Source: Octopus sinensis (Eukaryota). Taken from it: 64,000 nucleotides of DNA. The notes beneath the pieces were generated by a model. It saw nothing but the letters and a program-made list of their open reading frames with translations. It was not told the DNA's origin and did not search any database. Positions 63,301-64,000 of the stretch are shown piece after piece. The stretch's first letter is position 1; every line of letters starts with the position of its first letter. The translations under genes and the position numbers were made by a program. The stretch covers positions 18,042,001 through 18,106,000 of the forward strand of contig NC_043015.1 of NCBI RefSeq assembly GCF_006345805.1, written 5' to 3'.

Positions 63301-64000
63301 ATCACTACAGGAACTAGAAAAGAAATTTTGGGTGTGGAAGCAAGGGTTAGAATCAAAGGGCCTTAGAGTAAATGTAGCAAAGACCAAAGTTATAGTAAGC
63401 AGAAAGGCGAACTCAGCACACACCCCCTCGGGCAGGTGGCCCTGCTCGATCTGTAGGAAAGGTGTAGGTAGAAACTCCATAAGATGTACCCAGTGTAAGC
63501 TATGGACACATAAGAGGTGCAACAACATCAAAAGGAAATTAACTGATAAGATAGCTTTCGTGTGTGGCAGATGCACAGGGGCAATAGACACCACAGATAC
63601 TCAGAAAACAGATTTCATCACACTCCAGGGGGAGAAACTAGAAGTAGTTGATAGTTTCCACTACTGGGTGACCAAGTTAGTAGTGGAGGTGGATGCTCAG
63701 AGTGTCACCACTAGAATACGAATAGCCTGGGCAAAGTTTAGAAAGCTCCTACCCCTACTGGTGACAAAGGGTCTCTCGCTCAGAGTGAAAGGTAGATTGT
63801 ATGATGCATGTGTGCGAACTGCCATGCTTCACGGTAGTGAAACATGGGCCGTGACTGCAGAGGACATGTGTAGACTTGAAAGAAATGAAGCTAGCATGAT
63901 CCGCTGGATGTGTAATGTCAGTGTGCACACGCGACAGAGTGTAAGCGCCCTGAGAGAAATGCTGGATGTGGTGTGCATGAGAGACGTTTGCGCTGGTATG
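60330..64000 (+). mobile_element. Near full-length GAT-tail-family RTE LINE (APE-RT-PHD), lightly decayed, runs off the window
   Basis: FRVGTVNVGTLKGR..VCCIKEVRW; ISAYAP; GGDFNGHVG; IDFIL; KAPGPSGI; NYRGIKLL; GVHQGS; LYADDL (63272); C4HC3 63443-63574; 5' boundary uncertain. Confidence 0.93.
61306..61351 (-). mobile_element. 46-bp extreme 3' fragment of the GAT-tailed RTE, inserted into the RTE endonuclease region
   Basis: (CAT)n-ttagcgtccgttttccatgctagcatgggtt flanked by gcacat (61300-61305, 61352-61357). Confidence 0.85.

Overview
Eukaryotic, AT-rich, transposon-saturated genomic DNA. The repeat complement (GAT-tailed RTE LINEs, tRNA-derived SINEs, Penelope-like elements, long AT/GT microsatellites) suggests an octopus/coleoid cephalopod; this is inference. 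The only host gene I can support is on the minus strand: three small coding exons (35535-35561, 28405-28460, 25898-25962) with GT-AG sites and compatible phases. They splice to MEGPPTPKK-FKIDTEDLENLTKEDLLLK-FKEQDKYVKLLEEKLKSRNVE, which resembles the N-terminus of WTAP/Fl(2)d (m6A writer subunit). The rest is intronic or upstream sequence made of decayed, nested elements: RTE, CR1/L2 and Tx1/L1 LINEs, several Penelope-like element (PLE) families with minimal hammerhead ribozyme motifs, mariners, two Helitrons, MITEs and SINEs. Nearly all listed ORFs are TE remnants or microsatellite artefacts. Best leads: a twin-primed (5'-inverted) RTE with TSD; hammerheads with variant cores (G3-C8 swap; family-wide U6); a PHD finger inside an RTE reverse transcriptase; an RTE with three C-terminal C2H2 fingers; an AT-eroded PLE whose terminal repeats are still identical; and a homogenised 393-bp inverted repeat in one intron. 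I cannot establish a wholly new system from sequence alone. TE boundaries are approximate unless TIR/TSD evidence is given.
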